A stretch of DNA of 64,000 nucleotides from Dictyostelium discoideum (Eukaryota). The DNA is taken from NCBI GenBank assembly GCA_000004695.1, contig CM000152.2, positions 5,696,001-5,760,000 on the forward strand. Reading direction: 5' to 3'. Positions 1 through 12,534 of the stretch are shown here, piece after piece. The notes beneath the pieces were generated by a model that was not told where the DNA came from, did no database searches, and was given only the letters and a program-made list of their open reading frames with translations. Positions within the stretch are counted from its first letter, which is position 1; each line of letters starts with the position of its first letter. Made by a program: the position numbers and the translations under genes.

Positions 1-365
1 ATGTTTTCGATAAAGGTACATTAGATGCAGTCATGTGTAGTGATGATGATAATGAAAATGCAAAACAGATTTTATTAGAAGTTAGTAGAGTACTTAAACC
101 TGGTGGTTTCTTCATTGTAATGACATATGGTTCACCAGAATCACGTTTACCATTATTAAATAATCCAATTCATAATTGGACTACCGAGTTAAGAATGGCA
201 GGTTCAAATGAAAACTCTCAAATGAATCAATGTCATTATGTCTATATTTGTAATAAAAATTCTGAAAATGGTGAATCAATGAAACATACCTTTCCAATTG
301 AAACTCATTCTCATTTTTTAAATTCTTCAATTGGTGAAGTACCTTTAGAAATTTTAAAATTGTAA
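1..365 (+). CDS. 3' portion of a SAM-dependent methyltransferase (METTL13/ECE2-like methyltransferase domain); gene starts upstream of the window
   Basis: Frame starting at nt 3 reads VFDKGTLDAVMCSDDD...VLKPGGFFIVMTYGSP, the post-motif-II/III region of class I methyltransferases (DKGTLDA, VLKPGG). Open from window edge to TAA at 363-365. Confidence 0.6.
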   Translation, partial: VFDKGTLDAVMCSDDDNENAKQILLEVSRVLKPGGFFIVMTYGSPESRLPLLNNPIHNWTTELRMAGSNENSQMNQCHYVYICNKNSENGESMKHTFPIETHSHFLNSSIGEVPLEILKL

Positions 366-609
366 AAAAAAAAAAAATAAAAAAAATAAAAATATATATT
401 TATATATTATCTATTTATTTATAATAAATTTTTTTTGTTTAATTATTTTTTTAAAAAAATAAAAATAAAAAAAAAAGAAAAAGATAATAAATAAAAAGGT
501 TTTTTTTTTTTATTATTATTTTTTATTTTTTTTTTATTATTTTTTTTTATGGCATTAAAATTATTTTATACCATTATCATCACCCAACAAAATTTTTATT
601 ATTATTTAT

Positions 610-2400
610 TTAAACCATTGTTGTATTTGAACGTTGTCTAACATTATTTTCATATTCAAGAATTGTTGGAATTTTTGGGATTGGTTTTGGTGGTAAAGTT
701 AATGAGGGTGGTTTTGGTGGTAAAATTGGTAATTGACTTTGATTTTTAGTTGGTGAAATTGGATTTGAATCACTATTACCACCAATTTGTGGTGGTATTG
801 ATAAAGGTGGTATATTGGTTGATGTTGGCGTTGTAGGTTGTAATGTATTTGATTCATTAGTTGTTATTGGTGTTATTGGTAAAAGTTTACATTTATTTTT
901 ATCAGGTAATGGTGGTGGTAAATTTGGATATAATTGTGATTGACTTTGACTATTTAAAGTAGGTGTTGTTGTTGATTTTATTATTGGATCTGATGATGGT
1001 GGTGGTAAATTTGGATATAATTGTGATTGACTATTTGAAGTAGGTGTTGGTGGTATTGGATTTGATGGTGGTAAACGATGGGTTGTTGTTGTTGTTGTTG
1101 GTTGTGGTGAGGGAGTTGTTGTTGTTGTTGTTGTTATTATTCTTGGTGACAGTGATGGTTCATTATTATCATCAATTGATGAAGTTATTATTGGTGGTGG
1201 TAAAGTTGTATTTGTTGTGTTTGATGATAAAATAGGTGAAATTGGTGGTGGAGGTAACGCAGATAAAATACTAGCTGTAGTGAAATTTGGTGAAGATCCA
1301 ATTGGAGATCTTGGACTAATTGGATTTTTACTAGATAAATAAGAAGATGATGATGTTGAATTTTGAGAAGATGGTGGCGAAACGAAATCAGTTTGTGCTC
1401 TTGCTTGTCTAGTTCTTGGTTGAAATAAATTTGGATCCTCAAAGATTTCATCATAATTTAATAAAATACTTGACATTAATGTTTTAGTAGATTTTGAATC
1501 TTCAACTGTAAATTGTAAAATTTCTAAATCTGTATTTGCTTGTGGTCTTAATATTGTTGGTAAAAATACTATAGACACTGTAATTATTAAATAATATTTT
1601 TAAAAAATAAATTAAATTAAATTTTATACATATGTGTATTAATATTTATTAATTAAAAAAAAAAAAAAAAAAAAACTTTTAAAAATACTTACATGCATCA
1701 GGTGTCATTTTATTTACATTTGAATTTTCAACAACTTTTTGAAGGAAACTAAATATATATTTCATAACTTTTCTATTAAATGGTGGTAAATGTGCAATAA
1801 CTTTTTTAAGTAATTCAACTTTAACTTTTTCATCTGCTATAGCTATATATATTAAATATAAATTAATTGTTAATATATTTATTATAAAAAAAAAAAATTT
1901 AAAAAAATAAATTAAAACCTACATTCACAAGCAATAAACATATCATAATGTTCAAAAGTACAAAGAGGAACTTTTAATTCCCTCAAGTATGCTTTTAAAA
2001 GTGATGCTACAACATGAGCTTCATGGGGTGGAAAATTTACAGGTTTATCATTATCATAGAGAGATCTATAGCTTTGAATTGATGCTAATGAGCCATTTTC
2101 TCTAAAAATACCTGGGGTTTGTAACCCAAATAGTTGTAGATAATCAATGGTTTGTACTAAAATGGTTGGTAATTCCTCTTCAAATAAAAATGGTAAACTA
2201 CCACCAAAAACTTTTTTAACATTATTATTATTATTATTATTATTTATATTATTATCTTTCTCTATTTCTTGATTCTTTTTTTTATCTTTTGATTTTTTAT
2301 CTTTTTTTTCTTTTTCTTTAATTTCTTTTTCTTTATCCCTATCTTTATCTTTTTCTATATTTTCTAAATTCTCTTTTTCTTTTTTTTTACCAAATTTCAT
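610..2400 (-). CDS. RhoGAP domain protein, 3 exons: complement(join(610..1577,1693..1842,1923..2400)), ~531 aa, with a long Pro/Ser/Thr-rich C-terminal tail
   Basis: Exon 1 (ATG at 2398-2400) encodes a Lys/Glu-rich N-terminus and the RhoGAP arginine-finger GIFRENGS. Exon 2 encodes [32 protein letters not shown] and exon 3 continues [12 protein letters not shown], matching the NLAIVFGPTLLRP RhoGAP consensus. Donors GTAGGT and GTAAGT; acceptors TATAG and ACAG. An alternative exon-2 acceptor 6 nt downstream is also in frame. Confidence 0.8.
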
Positions 2401-2640
2401 TTTTTATTTATATATGTATATATTTATTTTTTTTTTTTTTTTATTTTTTTTTATTATGCTTTTTTTTTTTAATATTGGTTTTTTACTATTAATTTATTAT
2501 TTTTTTTATTAATAGCAATTAATAAAATTTTTTTTTTTCTTTATTTTCTTTTTTTTTTTTTTTGTTCAATAAAAAAAATTAATTAATTAATTAATTAATT
2601 AAACTTTTATTATTTAAAGGTGGTTGTTGGAATGAAAAAA

Positions 2641-2676
<36 letters not shown>

Positions 2677-3821
2677 GTGTATGGGGTGTAAGTTTAAACA
2701 GAAAAAAAAAAAAATAAAAATAAAAAAGAAAAATAATAAATTAAGTTATTTTTTATTTTATTTTTTTAAAAAAAAAATAAAAAAATAAAAATAATTATTA
2801 TTATTATTAATTAAATAAATAAATAAATAAATAAACAAATAAAATAAAATTTTTTTTTGGGGTTTTTTTTTTTTTTTTAATAATGCACAAAAAAAAAATA
2901 TATATATATTTATTTGTGTATGAATTGTAGTTAATGGAATGATGATGTGTGATGGATGTAAATTTTTTGTGTGTTTGTTATTTTTAATTATTTTAATTTT
3001 TTTTTTTAATTTTTTTTTTTTTTTATTTAAAAATTATTATTGCAATTATTATAATTATTATAATTATATCAAATTATTATTATTTTTATCACTATTATTA
3101 CTATTATTACTATTATTGCTTTTATTATGGGTTTTTTTTTTTTTTTTTTAAAAGATTAAAATAAAAAAAAATAATAAAAAATAAAATAAAATAAAATTTT
3201 ATTATTATTTATTTTTAAATTTTTTGATATGGGTATCTCGCATTAATAATATAGATATATGGTGTGTTTTTTATGAGTGTGTGAGCTCACGAATAAGAGG
3301 TGTGTGATATAAATTTTTTTTTTTTTTTTTTTTTTTTAATTTTTTTTTTTTTAAAATTTATATATATTTTTTTTTTATATAAGTAAAACTTTAATTTTAT
3401 ATAGTTTTTTTAATTTTTTTGAATGTGTAAATAGCAGTCTTGTATGTAAATTTATAAAGTGGATTATTTATTTTAGATTAAAAAAAAAAAAATTGAAAAA
3501 TAATTAAAAAAAAAAAAAGTAAAAAAAAAAAACTTTGTGCGTACTCTTTCGTTCAAATCTAGATTCATATAATTTTTATATGAAAAAAAAAAAAAAATCA
3601 AAAAATAAAATGAAAAAAAAAATCAAAAAAAAAATCAAAAAAAAAAAAAAAAAAAAAAAAAAAACAAAAATAAATAAAAAAAAACAAAAAAATTCTGATA
3701 AAATAAAAAATAAAAAATAAAAAATAAAATTAATAAAAAAAAAAAAAAAAAAATATTTATATGATTTATTTGAAAAATTTTAAATTAAAAAATAATTTTA
3801 TTTAATTAATTAAAATAAAAA

Positions 3822-6800
3822 TTAAACGGTTGCTTCAATTGGTTTCTCAGACTTTAAATTTGGCGAGAATTTTAAAACTGAATAAGGAATATTTGAGGTT
3901 AAACTTGGTGCAATACTATTAATTAAACTATTACCATTATTATTGATATTATTATTACTATTATTATTGATATTATTATTTAGACCATTATTATTATTAT
4001 TATTATTATTGATATTATTGATATTATTCATATTATTATTAGGATTATTATTATTAGGATTATTATTATTATTATTATTAATAATTTGTTTTCTTGATTT
4101 ATCTTTAAAGAATAAAACGATAATTAAAATGACAACAGCACAAATTGCAATATAACCAGTGATAGCTAATTGTGAAGAATCGGTTTCATTTGGATAACGA
4201 TCACTACCACGAGTATTTGGTACGGTTAGAGGTGGAATAACTTTATCACGTTGTTCCCATGTGATATTTAAGTATTTCTCTAAATTGGGCCATTGTGGAT
4301 CAGGGAATTGATTTGGATAGATTTGATTACCACAAGTTTGAGCCAACATGACCGATTCAGGTTTACTAACGATCTTGGAAAACTTTTTCATCTCTTTAAT
4401 TGAACCACTATCGGTTGTTCTACTTGGTAGTTCCAATTGTTTTAATGATTTTGAAATTGGTAATAACGGTCTATGTAATGTGCCAATGGTTGGGAAATAA
4501 TTGGTAATTGAAGGACTACCCTCTTTCAATACTGATAAAATATCTTCAATTAACCAAAAACAATCTAACCTATTCTTATCCTTATTTGGTGATTCATCTA
4601 AACAATTTGAATCACCAAATACAACAATATTACCACTTGAATAAATTGAATTATCTTCTTTTTTTTCTTTATTCTTTTTATTATTATTATCACTATTACT
4701 ATTATTATTATTACTATTGCTATTATTACTATCACTATTACTGTTGGTACTACTACTACTACTAGTACTACTACTAGTATTATCAACAATACTATTATCA
4801 GAACTATCTTGAGTTGATTCATCATCATTATTATTAATACTTGATTCAATATTATTATTATTTTTTAAAATTCTTTTTGAAATTATAGTTGAATTTGAAT
4901 CATTAGTTGAATCAGAACTATCAGAACTATGTTCATTTTCTAAAGTTGTTGGTTGAAAGAAACCTAATACAGGTACTTTTGATTGTGAAGTTCTACCTTT
5001 AGTGATGAGACGAGTTTGATCTACTAATGAAGCTTCTAAAATTTTACCACCAGCAGGGAAACCAATGATAGAGGTACCTGATGAAAATGTTGAAACTTTA
5101 TTACCTACAGAGAATTCACCATTGTAAATACTATCACCAAAATAAATTCCAAACACTGATAGGAAATCATTGAGAGCTGGTACATTTGAACCACCAGTAG
5201 CGGGTGACCATAATTGTTGAGTATTATCATCATGAAATTCAATTAATTTCATCACCTCGGTATTATACCAATCTGCGAAAACTATTAAATTCAAACCATG
5301 ATTTCTAACATCCTCTTCAATCTTTTTAATTTCTGATGGTAAAAACTCTTCCTCTGGGTCAATGATCATCAATGTACCATAGTTTGATGGATTGAAACAA
5401 GTCAATGGTGAGCCAATCACCTCTACAAAGTAACCCAATTGTGTTAACTTTCCATAAAGTTTTCTAAAATTGGTATGAATATGATCACCATTCCAATCGA
5501 ATGGTTCATTCTTTGTTTCCAATGAATCACGTGGGAAAAATCCTAATGGATAACGTAGATTATGAAATTGATCCCAAAGTATACGACGTTCTCTTGGTGG
5601 TTTTGGTATAATTTGAACACGTACAGGTAATTGTATTGTATAATAATTTCTAGATAATGTTGATTTAATATTATTATTGTTGATATTATTATTATTATTA
5701 TTATCAATTGCAATTATAACTTCAACAGAACCTTCAGCAACACCATTAAATGATTGTGATTCTTCAGGTACAGTAAAGAAAATACCTAAATGACCAGTCC
5801 ATGGCCAAATGGTTGATTGATAAGAAAAGTCAACTTTTAAATGATGACCATTTCTAGAGGCATTCCAATAGGTGTTTACAATTTCACCACTTACACTAAT
5901 ACCATTTAGAATGGTAGCATTCACAATGATTGGCATTGAGGTATGATAAAGTTTTTGAGTACAATAAGGCCAGAGGTATGGACATGTATCTTTATTAGTT
6001 GGTAAGAAATCCAATTGTGATGGTGATATGGTTATCTTGGGTCTGTAATGATCCAATAGGCTCTTTGCACCCAATACGTTCAATTTGCCATTACCCTGTT
6101 CGAAAATACCTGCATTTTTAATTTTTTCAGCACTTTCAATGAGAACTTGCTTCATTGAGGAGGGGTTGATAATGCTTTTATCCTTCACAGTTGAGATTAG
6201 CAATGCAATGGCACCACTCACCACTGGTGAAGAGACTGAAGTGCCCGATAATGCTTTACAATTATCATCATGACCATTCAATGGCGAGCCGTAAACACCC
6301 GATCCATAGGCCACGATGTCTGGTTTAACCCTACCATATCCATGTGGTAGTTCCCATGTGGTCATACCTCTGCTAGAGAATGATGCCAATTGGTCGTTGT
6401 AATCTATACCACCCACACCAATCACATCGGATTGGTCGGCTGGGTTATTTAAAGTACCATACAACGGACCGTCATTGCCAATGGCCGAAACCACAATGAT
6501 CTTATTTGCAGACACTTCCCACACCTTTTCAACAAATGGTTTATCCATGAAATCAGGTCCACCAATTGAAAGATTCAATACGTCAACTTTGGTTAGAATC
6601 ACATGATTGAAGGCATCAATGAACCAACTTGTGAATGAAACCTTCTCAGAATTGAAAACCCTATAGATATAAATCTCTGCATCTGGTGCAAAACCCATAC
6701 ATTTCTCTGAGGAACTTGCAATTATACCCGTAACAAATGTACCATGACCAATGGTATCAGTATTACTCTTTTTCTTATTTTCAACTTTTTCACGTGCCCA

Positions 6801-7110
6801 ATCGGTTATCTCTACAACATTTGAAAAATGAGGATGATCCTTTGCCAAACCTGTATCAAATACTGCAACTTTTGTACCTCTACCTGTGAATCCTTGATTC
6901 CACAATTTCCTCACATTAAACAAATCCGTAATCTGTATATGATCATTAATCGATTTCAATTTTCTACCAACACTTTGATTATAATCTCTACCATTCATCT
7001 CTAAATCAATCATTTCTTCTGGTATCTCTTGATGAATTCTACCATACATTTTTAAATTATCATTAATTTCATTATCATTTTTATTATTATTATTTTCATC
7101 ATCTTCATTT

Positions 7111-7151
<41 letters not shown>

Positions 7152-7817
7152 ATTATCATCTTCACTACTTGTTTGCCATTTTTTTAACATTGATTCATGA
7201 ATTTTTCTTTCTGGAAATATATGTTTAATATTTGAATCTTGTGATAGAATTTTTAAAATTGGATCTAATGATGATTGTTTATTACTTGTGATTTCTACTA
7301 ATGCAAAATCAGATGGATATTTTGAAGCTGGATTATTTCTTGGTATAATTTTCCAATCAATTAATTGATTTTGATTTTTTATACTTTGTTTTATCTTTTT
7401 TTCATTTCTATTAAGAATTTCATTTAAATAAGATTGATGCTCTTTTTGATCAATATACTTTTTAAACATTATTATATATTCTTTTACTAAATTATTTTTA
7501 TTTTTATTTTTAAATTCATTATCATTTATTAATAATGGTGATACATTTGTTGATGTTTTTATTATTGTTGTTGTTGAACAATTATTATATTCTTTAAAAT
7601 TTACAAAATTATTATTATTATTATTATCATTATTGTTATTATTATTATTATTACTATTATTATTATTATTATAAGCTACTACTACATTTTTACTATTACT
7701 ATTTAAATTATTATTATTATTATTTTTATTATTAAAAATATTTAAACTATCACTATATAAAAAAATTAAAATAAATGTTATGGTAAAAAACCATTTATAG
7801 TTTATTATTGTAATCAT
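3822..7817 (-). CDS. mbtps1: Site-1 protease (membrane-bound transcription factor peptidase S1P/MBTPS1-like subtilisin/kexin-family serine protease), 1331 aa, single exon
   Basis: Signal peptide (MITIINYKWFFTITFILIFLY). Subtilase catalytic residues in order: D in VAVFDTGLAKDHPHF, H in DTIGHGTFVTGIIAS, N in AIGNDGP, S in LSGTSVSSPVVSGAIALL. Large poly-Asn/Ser inserts, C-terminal TM helix (ITGYIAICAVVILIIVLFF) and a basic/Asn-rich tail, as in S1P. Confidence 0.85.
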
Positions 7818-7985
7818 TTTTTTTTGATTTTTTTTATTTTGATTTTTTTTATTCTTTTTCTTATTCTTTTTAATTTTTTTAAATTTTTTTATTATTATAA
7901 TTTTTTTATATACATATAGATTTTGTTGGTGAGTAGTTTTTTTTAGTGCGAGAAAAAAAGAGTTATGTGAAAAAAAAAAAAATTT

Positions 7986-8022
<37 letters not shown>

Positions 8023-8422
8023 TAATTTTTTTTTTTTTTATTTTTATTTAATTTTTTTAATTGCCTTTCCGAGAATCCACATCTTTTTACACAAAAAAAA
8101 AAAAAACAAAAAAATATAAAAAAAAACTAAAAAAAGATAAAAAAGATAAAAAAAACCAAAAAAGAATAAATAAAAATAAAAAAGATATAAATAAGAAATA
8201 ATAAAATTTAATCGTTTCGTTTTTAGAAATCGAGCTGTAAAGTTTTTTTTTTTTTGAAATTTAACAAATCTTATCTTTTTGGAACAATAAAATTTAAAAA
8301 TAAATATCCATTTATTGATTTATTGTTATTTTAAAATTTTATTGTTAATTTTATTGTTTTGTAATTATTGTTATAGTTTTATTATTACTATTTTTCTTTA
8401 TTAAAGAAACTTTTTAAATAGT

Positions 8423-8681
8423 TTAAAGACCAGCTTTATTTAAACTCTCAGCAACATTAAACAATAAACCACTAACTAAACCAGTTTGGACTTTATTTTC
8501 AGTGAATTGGATCATTGAGTTTTTATTATCAATCAAGGTTGATTTGGTTGAGTTAACTTTAGAGATTGATGAAATTGAAGCTAAATTAAAATAAATTAAA
8601 ATTATTAGTATTTTTTTTTATTTTTTATTTTTTTTTTTTTTCCCAATATTTTAATAATTAATATTTACCAAAGAGAGACAT
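8423..8681 (-). CDS. Small protein (~56 aa), 2 exons: complement(join(8423..8580,8669..8681)); paralog of the gene at 9279..9529
   Basis: 13-nt first exon ATGTCTCTCTTTG (MSLF-) then GTAAAT donor; second exon after TTTAG acceptor encodes ASISSISKVNSTKSTLIDNKNSMIQFTENKVQTGLVSGLLFNVAESLNKAGL-stop. Near-identical architecture and ~70% aa identity to the divergent neighbour. Confidence 0.6.
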
Positions 8682-9170
8682 TTTTTAATTATTTGATTAT
8701 AATTGATTGTTTTGATTTGATGAAATTTTTTTTTATTTTATCTTATTTATACTTTTTTTTTTTTTAATGATAAATTTTTTTTTTTTTTTTTTTTTTTATT
8801 TTTATTGTTATTGTTGATTTTAATTTTTTGTAAAAGAGAATACCCAATAAAAAGAAATATTTTAAAAAATTATAGTATTAAATGTCGTGAATTAATTTAA
8901 ATTAATCTTTGACATTTTAAAATTGTAATTCGTTTTAAAATTTTGTAAAATTGTTTTCAAAAATTAATTAGTTGTAAATCATTTTTTTAAAAAATTATGG
9001 GGTCAAAGAAATAATAATATACTCATTAATTAATTAATTGTTTTTTTTTTTTTTTTTTAACACACAACTACCAAATAATTAGTATTTTCTTCATTTTTTT
9101 CGGTAATATTTTAAAAATTATACCTTAAATCTTCGGCTAATTAAATATTAAAAATAATTTATTTATTATA

Positions 9171-9207
<37 letters not shown>

Positions 9208-9278
9208 GATATATAAATAATCATTTTTTTTTCTTTTTTTCAAAAACATAAATCAAATAAAACTAATCAAAATTTAAA

Positions 9279-9529
9279 ATGTCTCTCTTTGGTAAATATT
9301 TATGGTTTATATATATTTTAATATTATAAAAAACAATTAATCTAATTTTTAATTAATAAATGAAGATTCAATTTCTTCAATCTCCAAAGTTATTTCAACA
9401 CCAAATAAGTCATATTTGAATAATAATAAAAATTCAATGGCCCAATTCACTGAAAATAATGTCCAATCAGGTCTCGTTAGTGGTTTATTATTTAATGTTG
9501 CTGAAAGTTTAAATAAAGCCGGTCTTTAA
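9279..9529 (+). CDS. Small protein (~58 aa), 2 exons: join(9279..9291,9366..9529); paralog of 8423..8681
   Basis: Same 13-nt first exon ATGTCTCTCTTTG + GTAAAT donor; exon 2 after TGAAG acceptor encodes DSISSISKVISTPNKSYLNNNKNSMAQFTENNVQSGLVSGLLFNVAESLNKAGL-stop. Confidence 0.6.
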
Positions 9530-10516
9530 AATAAAACCTTTAAAAATGTCAAATCCATTTATCTAATATTACAATTACAATTAATAAAATTACGTCATTA
9601 TTTTTGAAATTTTAAAATATTTAAAAACAGATTTTTTTTTTTAATTTTTTTATTTTTTAAAATTGTGTTAATTTTATATTTATAATTTTATCCCCGATAA
9701 AAATTTTAACCCCTAAATTTATTTTAATATAGGAAATAAATAAAAAAATAAAAACCCAACAATAAAAAAACAAAAAAAAAAAAAAAAATAAAAACAAAAA
9801 AAAGAAATAAAAATATTATAAAACCAGAAATTTAAAATAACTAAAACTTTAAAAATTACAATTAAAATAAAAAAAAAAAAAAACAATAACATAAAACAAT
9901 GTTATTTATTAATTTTAACGAAAGTGATATAAAAAATATTGGTTCAAATTCAACAATTTTATCAAACCATTCAAATTGTAATATATTCCCAAATGATGAA
10001 AATTATTTAAACAATATTAAAAATAATGAAAGAAGTAATATAGATCAAACCATCCTTTGTCTAACTTCAAAATTTCAAAATTTAAATTATCAATAAAAAC
10101 CAATAATTAATAAATTTTTATTACTACATAGGTTTTTTTTTTTTTTTTTTTTTTTTTTCGAAACCCAGACAGTAAAAAATAAAAGATTATTTATTTTTTT
10201 TTATTTTTTGTGTAATAATGTTTAAAATTTATATTAGAATTTTTTTAAAATAAAAAGGAATTAGTTTATTTATGAATTTTTTTTTTTTTTTTTAAGATAA
10301 TAGTTTAAAATATATATAAAATTAATTAAATAATATCCAATTAGAGATTATTTTATTTTGGGTGCATTAAATTGACCTATATGTTGCGATTAAGTTTTTC
10401 AATTATTGGTATTGTCAAAAAACAATAATACATTTTTTCAGTGTTATTTTTTTGGGCCATTTGGTTGACTCTGTTTTTGAACGAAGTTCGGATTTTGTTC
10501 TACCAAGTAAAAATTT

Positions 10517-10587
10517 TGCGTATGCCGGGAATCGAACCCGGTTCAACTGCTTGGAAGGCAGCTATCATACCACTAGACCACATACGC
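10517..10587 (-). tRNA. tRNA-Gly (anticodon UCC), copy 1
   Basis: Reverse complement is GCGTATGTGGTCTAGTGGTATGATAGCTGCCTTCCAAGCAGTTGAACCGGGTTCGATTCCCGGCATACGCA: 7-bp acceptor stem, D arm, anticodon stem GCTGC/GCAGT with loop CTTCCAA (T33, anticodon TCC, A37), T arm GGGTTCGATTCCC. Very close to the metazoan tRNA-Gly-TCC sequence as I recall it (from memory; not re-verified). Followed by an oligo(T) terminator on the coding strand. Confidence 0.9.
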
Positions 10588-10631
10588 TTTGTTGATGATT
10601 TTTTGTAGTTAATGCTCAAATAAGTTTTAAT

Positions 10632-10845
10632 AAAAAATTTGATTATTTACACACGTAGCACAACCATCAAACCTCAATAAATATATTACATCACTCAACA
10701 CACTCTACCCCCAACTTTAAAAAAAAAAAAACCATATAAGGTAAAAAAGGCACCTGTAAAATATTTAATAATAAAACGAGATATATCTCAAGAAAAAGCA
10801 ACTAAAAATTGCTTTATTCCATTCAAAAAAAAAAAAATTTTGATT
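10632..10845 (+). mobile_element. Short 5'-truncated non-LTR retroelement 3' tail (~190 bp, same type as the 3' end of the element at 12535..14205), inserted ~57 bp upstream of tRNA-Gly copy 1; flanked by a target-site duplication
   Basis: Lower-AT block 10645..10837 ends ...gagatatatctcaagaaaaagcaactaaaaattgctttattccattc-A13, homologous to the 3' terminus at 14110..14190 (...gagatctagcatctcaaggagaagcaaataataattgcgttatccaattc-A12). Direct repeat aaaaaatttgatt (10632-10644) / aaaattttgatt (10834-10845) flanks it. Confidence 0.5.
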
Positions 10846-10953
10846 ATTTTTTTTTTATTTATTTATATATTTATTTTTAAATACGCTTCATTGATGAATT
10901 TTTTAATGAATTATGAACGAAGTTCGGATTTTGTTTTACCCAAGCAAAAATTT

Positions 10954-11024
10954 TGCGTATGCCGGGAATCGAACCCGGTTCAACTGCTTGGAAGGCAGCT
11001 ATCATACCACTAGACCACATACGC
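10954..11024 (-). tRNA. tRNA-Gly (anticodon UCC), copy 2 (identical mature sequence to copy 1)
   Basis: Same 71-nt sequence as 10517..10587. Flanks are also duplicated (10479-10612 vs 10913-11046), i.e. a ~435-bp tandem duplication of the tRNA unit. Confidence 0.9.
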
Positions 11025-11070
11025 TTTGTTAATGAGATTTTTGTAATAAAGTCACTCTATAAAATTAATA

Positions 11071-12268
11071 TTAAGCAAAGTAGATGATACGGTGAACAAA
11101 CTGGAAAACCTCACAAAATGCTATTCGAGCGTGTCATCAACGCTAAAAGGTAGAATCACAATCCTCAAATCATACCTGCTGTCCCAACTAACATTCCAAC
11201 TATACATCAACGAAATAAATGACATAAAGAAACTGGAGAACGTTAATGCCAACATGTTATTCAAAGGGGACAGGTGGGCTATCTCAAAAGAAAGGAGCAG
11301 AAGAGACTATGAAATTGGAGGCCTGGAACTCTGGAATATGGCAACCAGATCCAATGCCCAGAAAGCATGGATATACGAACAATACCTCAGAGAAAAAGAC
11401 GACCAGAACTGCCCTCCACATATGGAAGTCTGGAAGTCGGAAAAAGAAAACTCACTATCAAGGATTCACATCAAATGCTGGAAAGCCTGGAAGTTGTTGC
11501 ACCACCCAAGAGAGCGAATAACTCTCAAACTAAACCAAGTCAAACCCAAATACGAAAACAAACAAAAATTAAAAGTAATCTATAGAAACATGATGGATAT
11601 CAAATACAAGGGATGGAACAAACACCAGCCAACAACAGGTCAAAAACTGATTCAAAAGAACATTAATCACCCAATTCTACCATTCAGAGAAGCCAGATCA
11701 ATCACAACTATCAAAGGAAGAGACTTAGCATGGAGATATCTACTCAAGGCACTTCCAAAACACCATGGGGAGAATTGCCACTCATGTAAAGAAGAAGAAT
11801 CGTCTATGCACATCTTCTTCGAATGCAAATCAATAAAACAGAATATCGACTCAATCTATCAAAAGGTCTGTAAAGACTCCAACAACACTTACCACGGTCC
11901 ATGGAGCGAAAAAGTTCTCGGAAAACTACTCACACCATTCTCATCAAATCTGATAGGAGCCATTATGGAATCGATATGGTACAGAAGAAATCAAATAAAA
12001 TTCAACGATAACACTACAATAATAACAGAGACCCAAATAATTCATAAAATCAAAAAAGCGAGAGATGCCGAATGGGATAGAACAAGAAAGATAGTAGAAA
12101 AACAACTACGTCAAGAACTAAGATGCACTGATAACCGAGAGTCAATCAATCGGACCGCATCAATAAAAAGAAGACTCGAAAAATTCAGCCACAACTGGAA
12201 CTCGAAACTCATGCCCATAAACATCCCGGAACACTTCATACCATACTGCTCATATAACACCAACTACT

Positions 12269-12313
<45 letters not shown>

Positions 12314-12436
12314 ATAACAATAATAATAATAATAATAATATAATAATAATAATAATATAATAATAATAATATAATAATAATAATAATATAATAATAATAA
12401 TAATAAAAAAAAAAATAAGAATAACAAGAAAAAAAG

Positions 12437-12470
<34 letters not shown>

Positions 12471-12534
12471 AAATAAACTCTCATAGAACACACTCAAATT
12501 GAGTGATGTTATTAAAAAAAAAAAAAAATTAATA
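11071..12534 (+). mobile_element. 5'-truncated tRNA-gene-targeted non-LTR retrotransposon (TRE5-like), type 'A' tail: C-terminal ORF2 fragment (11092..12273, 393 aa) + A-rich/(AATAAT)n tail + terminal ...caaataaactctcatagaacacactcaaattgagtgatgttatt-A15
   Basis: ORF has non-LTR ORF2 C-terminal features (YLLSQLTF..., GGLELWN, KGRDLAWRYLLKALP, C-x2-C-x7-H-x3-C motif CHSCKEEESSMHIFFECK, WYRRN, AEWDRT). It starts 46 bp upstream of tRNA-Gly copy 2 in head-to-head orientation. Flanked by the duplicated target ...(tc)tataaaattaata (11061-11070 and 12525-12534). Confidence 0.65.
12312..12410. repeat. (AATAAT)n/(AATAATATAAT)n microsatellite in the 3' tail of the type-A element (repeated at 14283..14385)
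   Basis: Direct reading: ataataataataataatataataataataataatataat... Confidence 0.8.

Noticed and set aside
3535-3720. Poly-Lys/poly-Phe/poly-Tyr/poly-Ile ORFs (e.g. 3535..3720, 38125..38447, 57570..57848, 57969..58223, 12236..12497)
   Set aside because: Products of homopolymeric A/T runs or AAT/ATT repeats read in alternative frames or on the antisense strand of real poly-Asn coding repeats; not genes.
9899-10096. 65-aa ORF near the tRNA-Gly cluster
   Set aside because: Short and Asn/Ser-biased, with no recognisable motif, splice signals or paralog; cannot be distinguished from a chance ORF.
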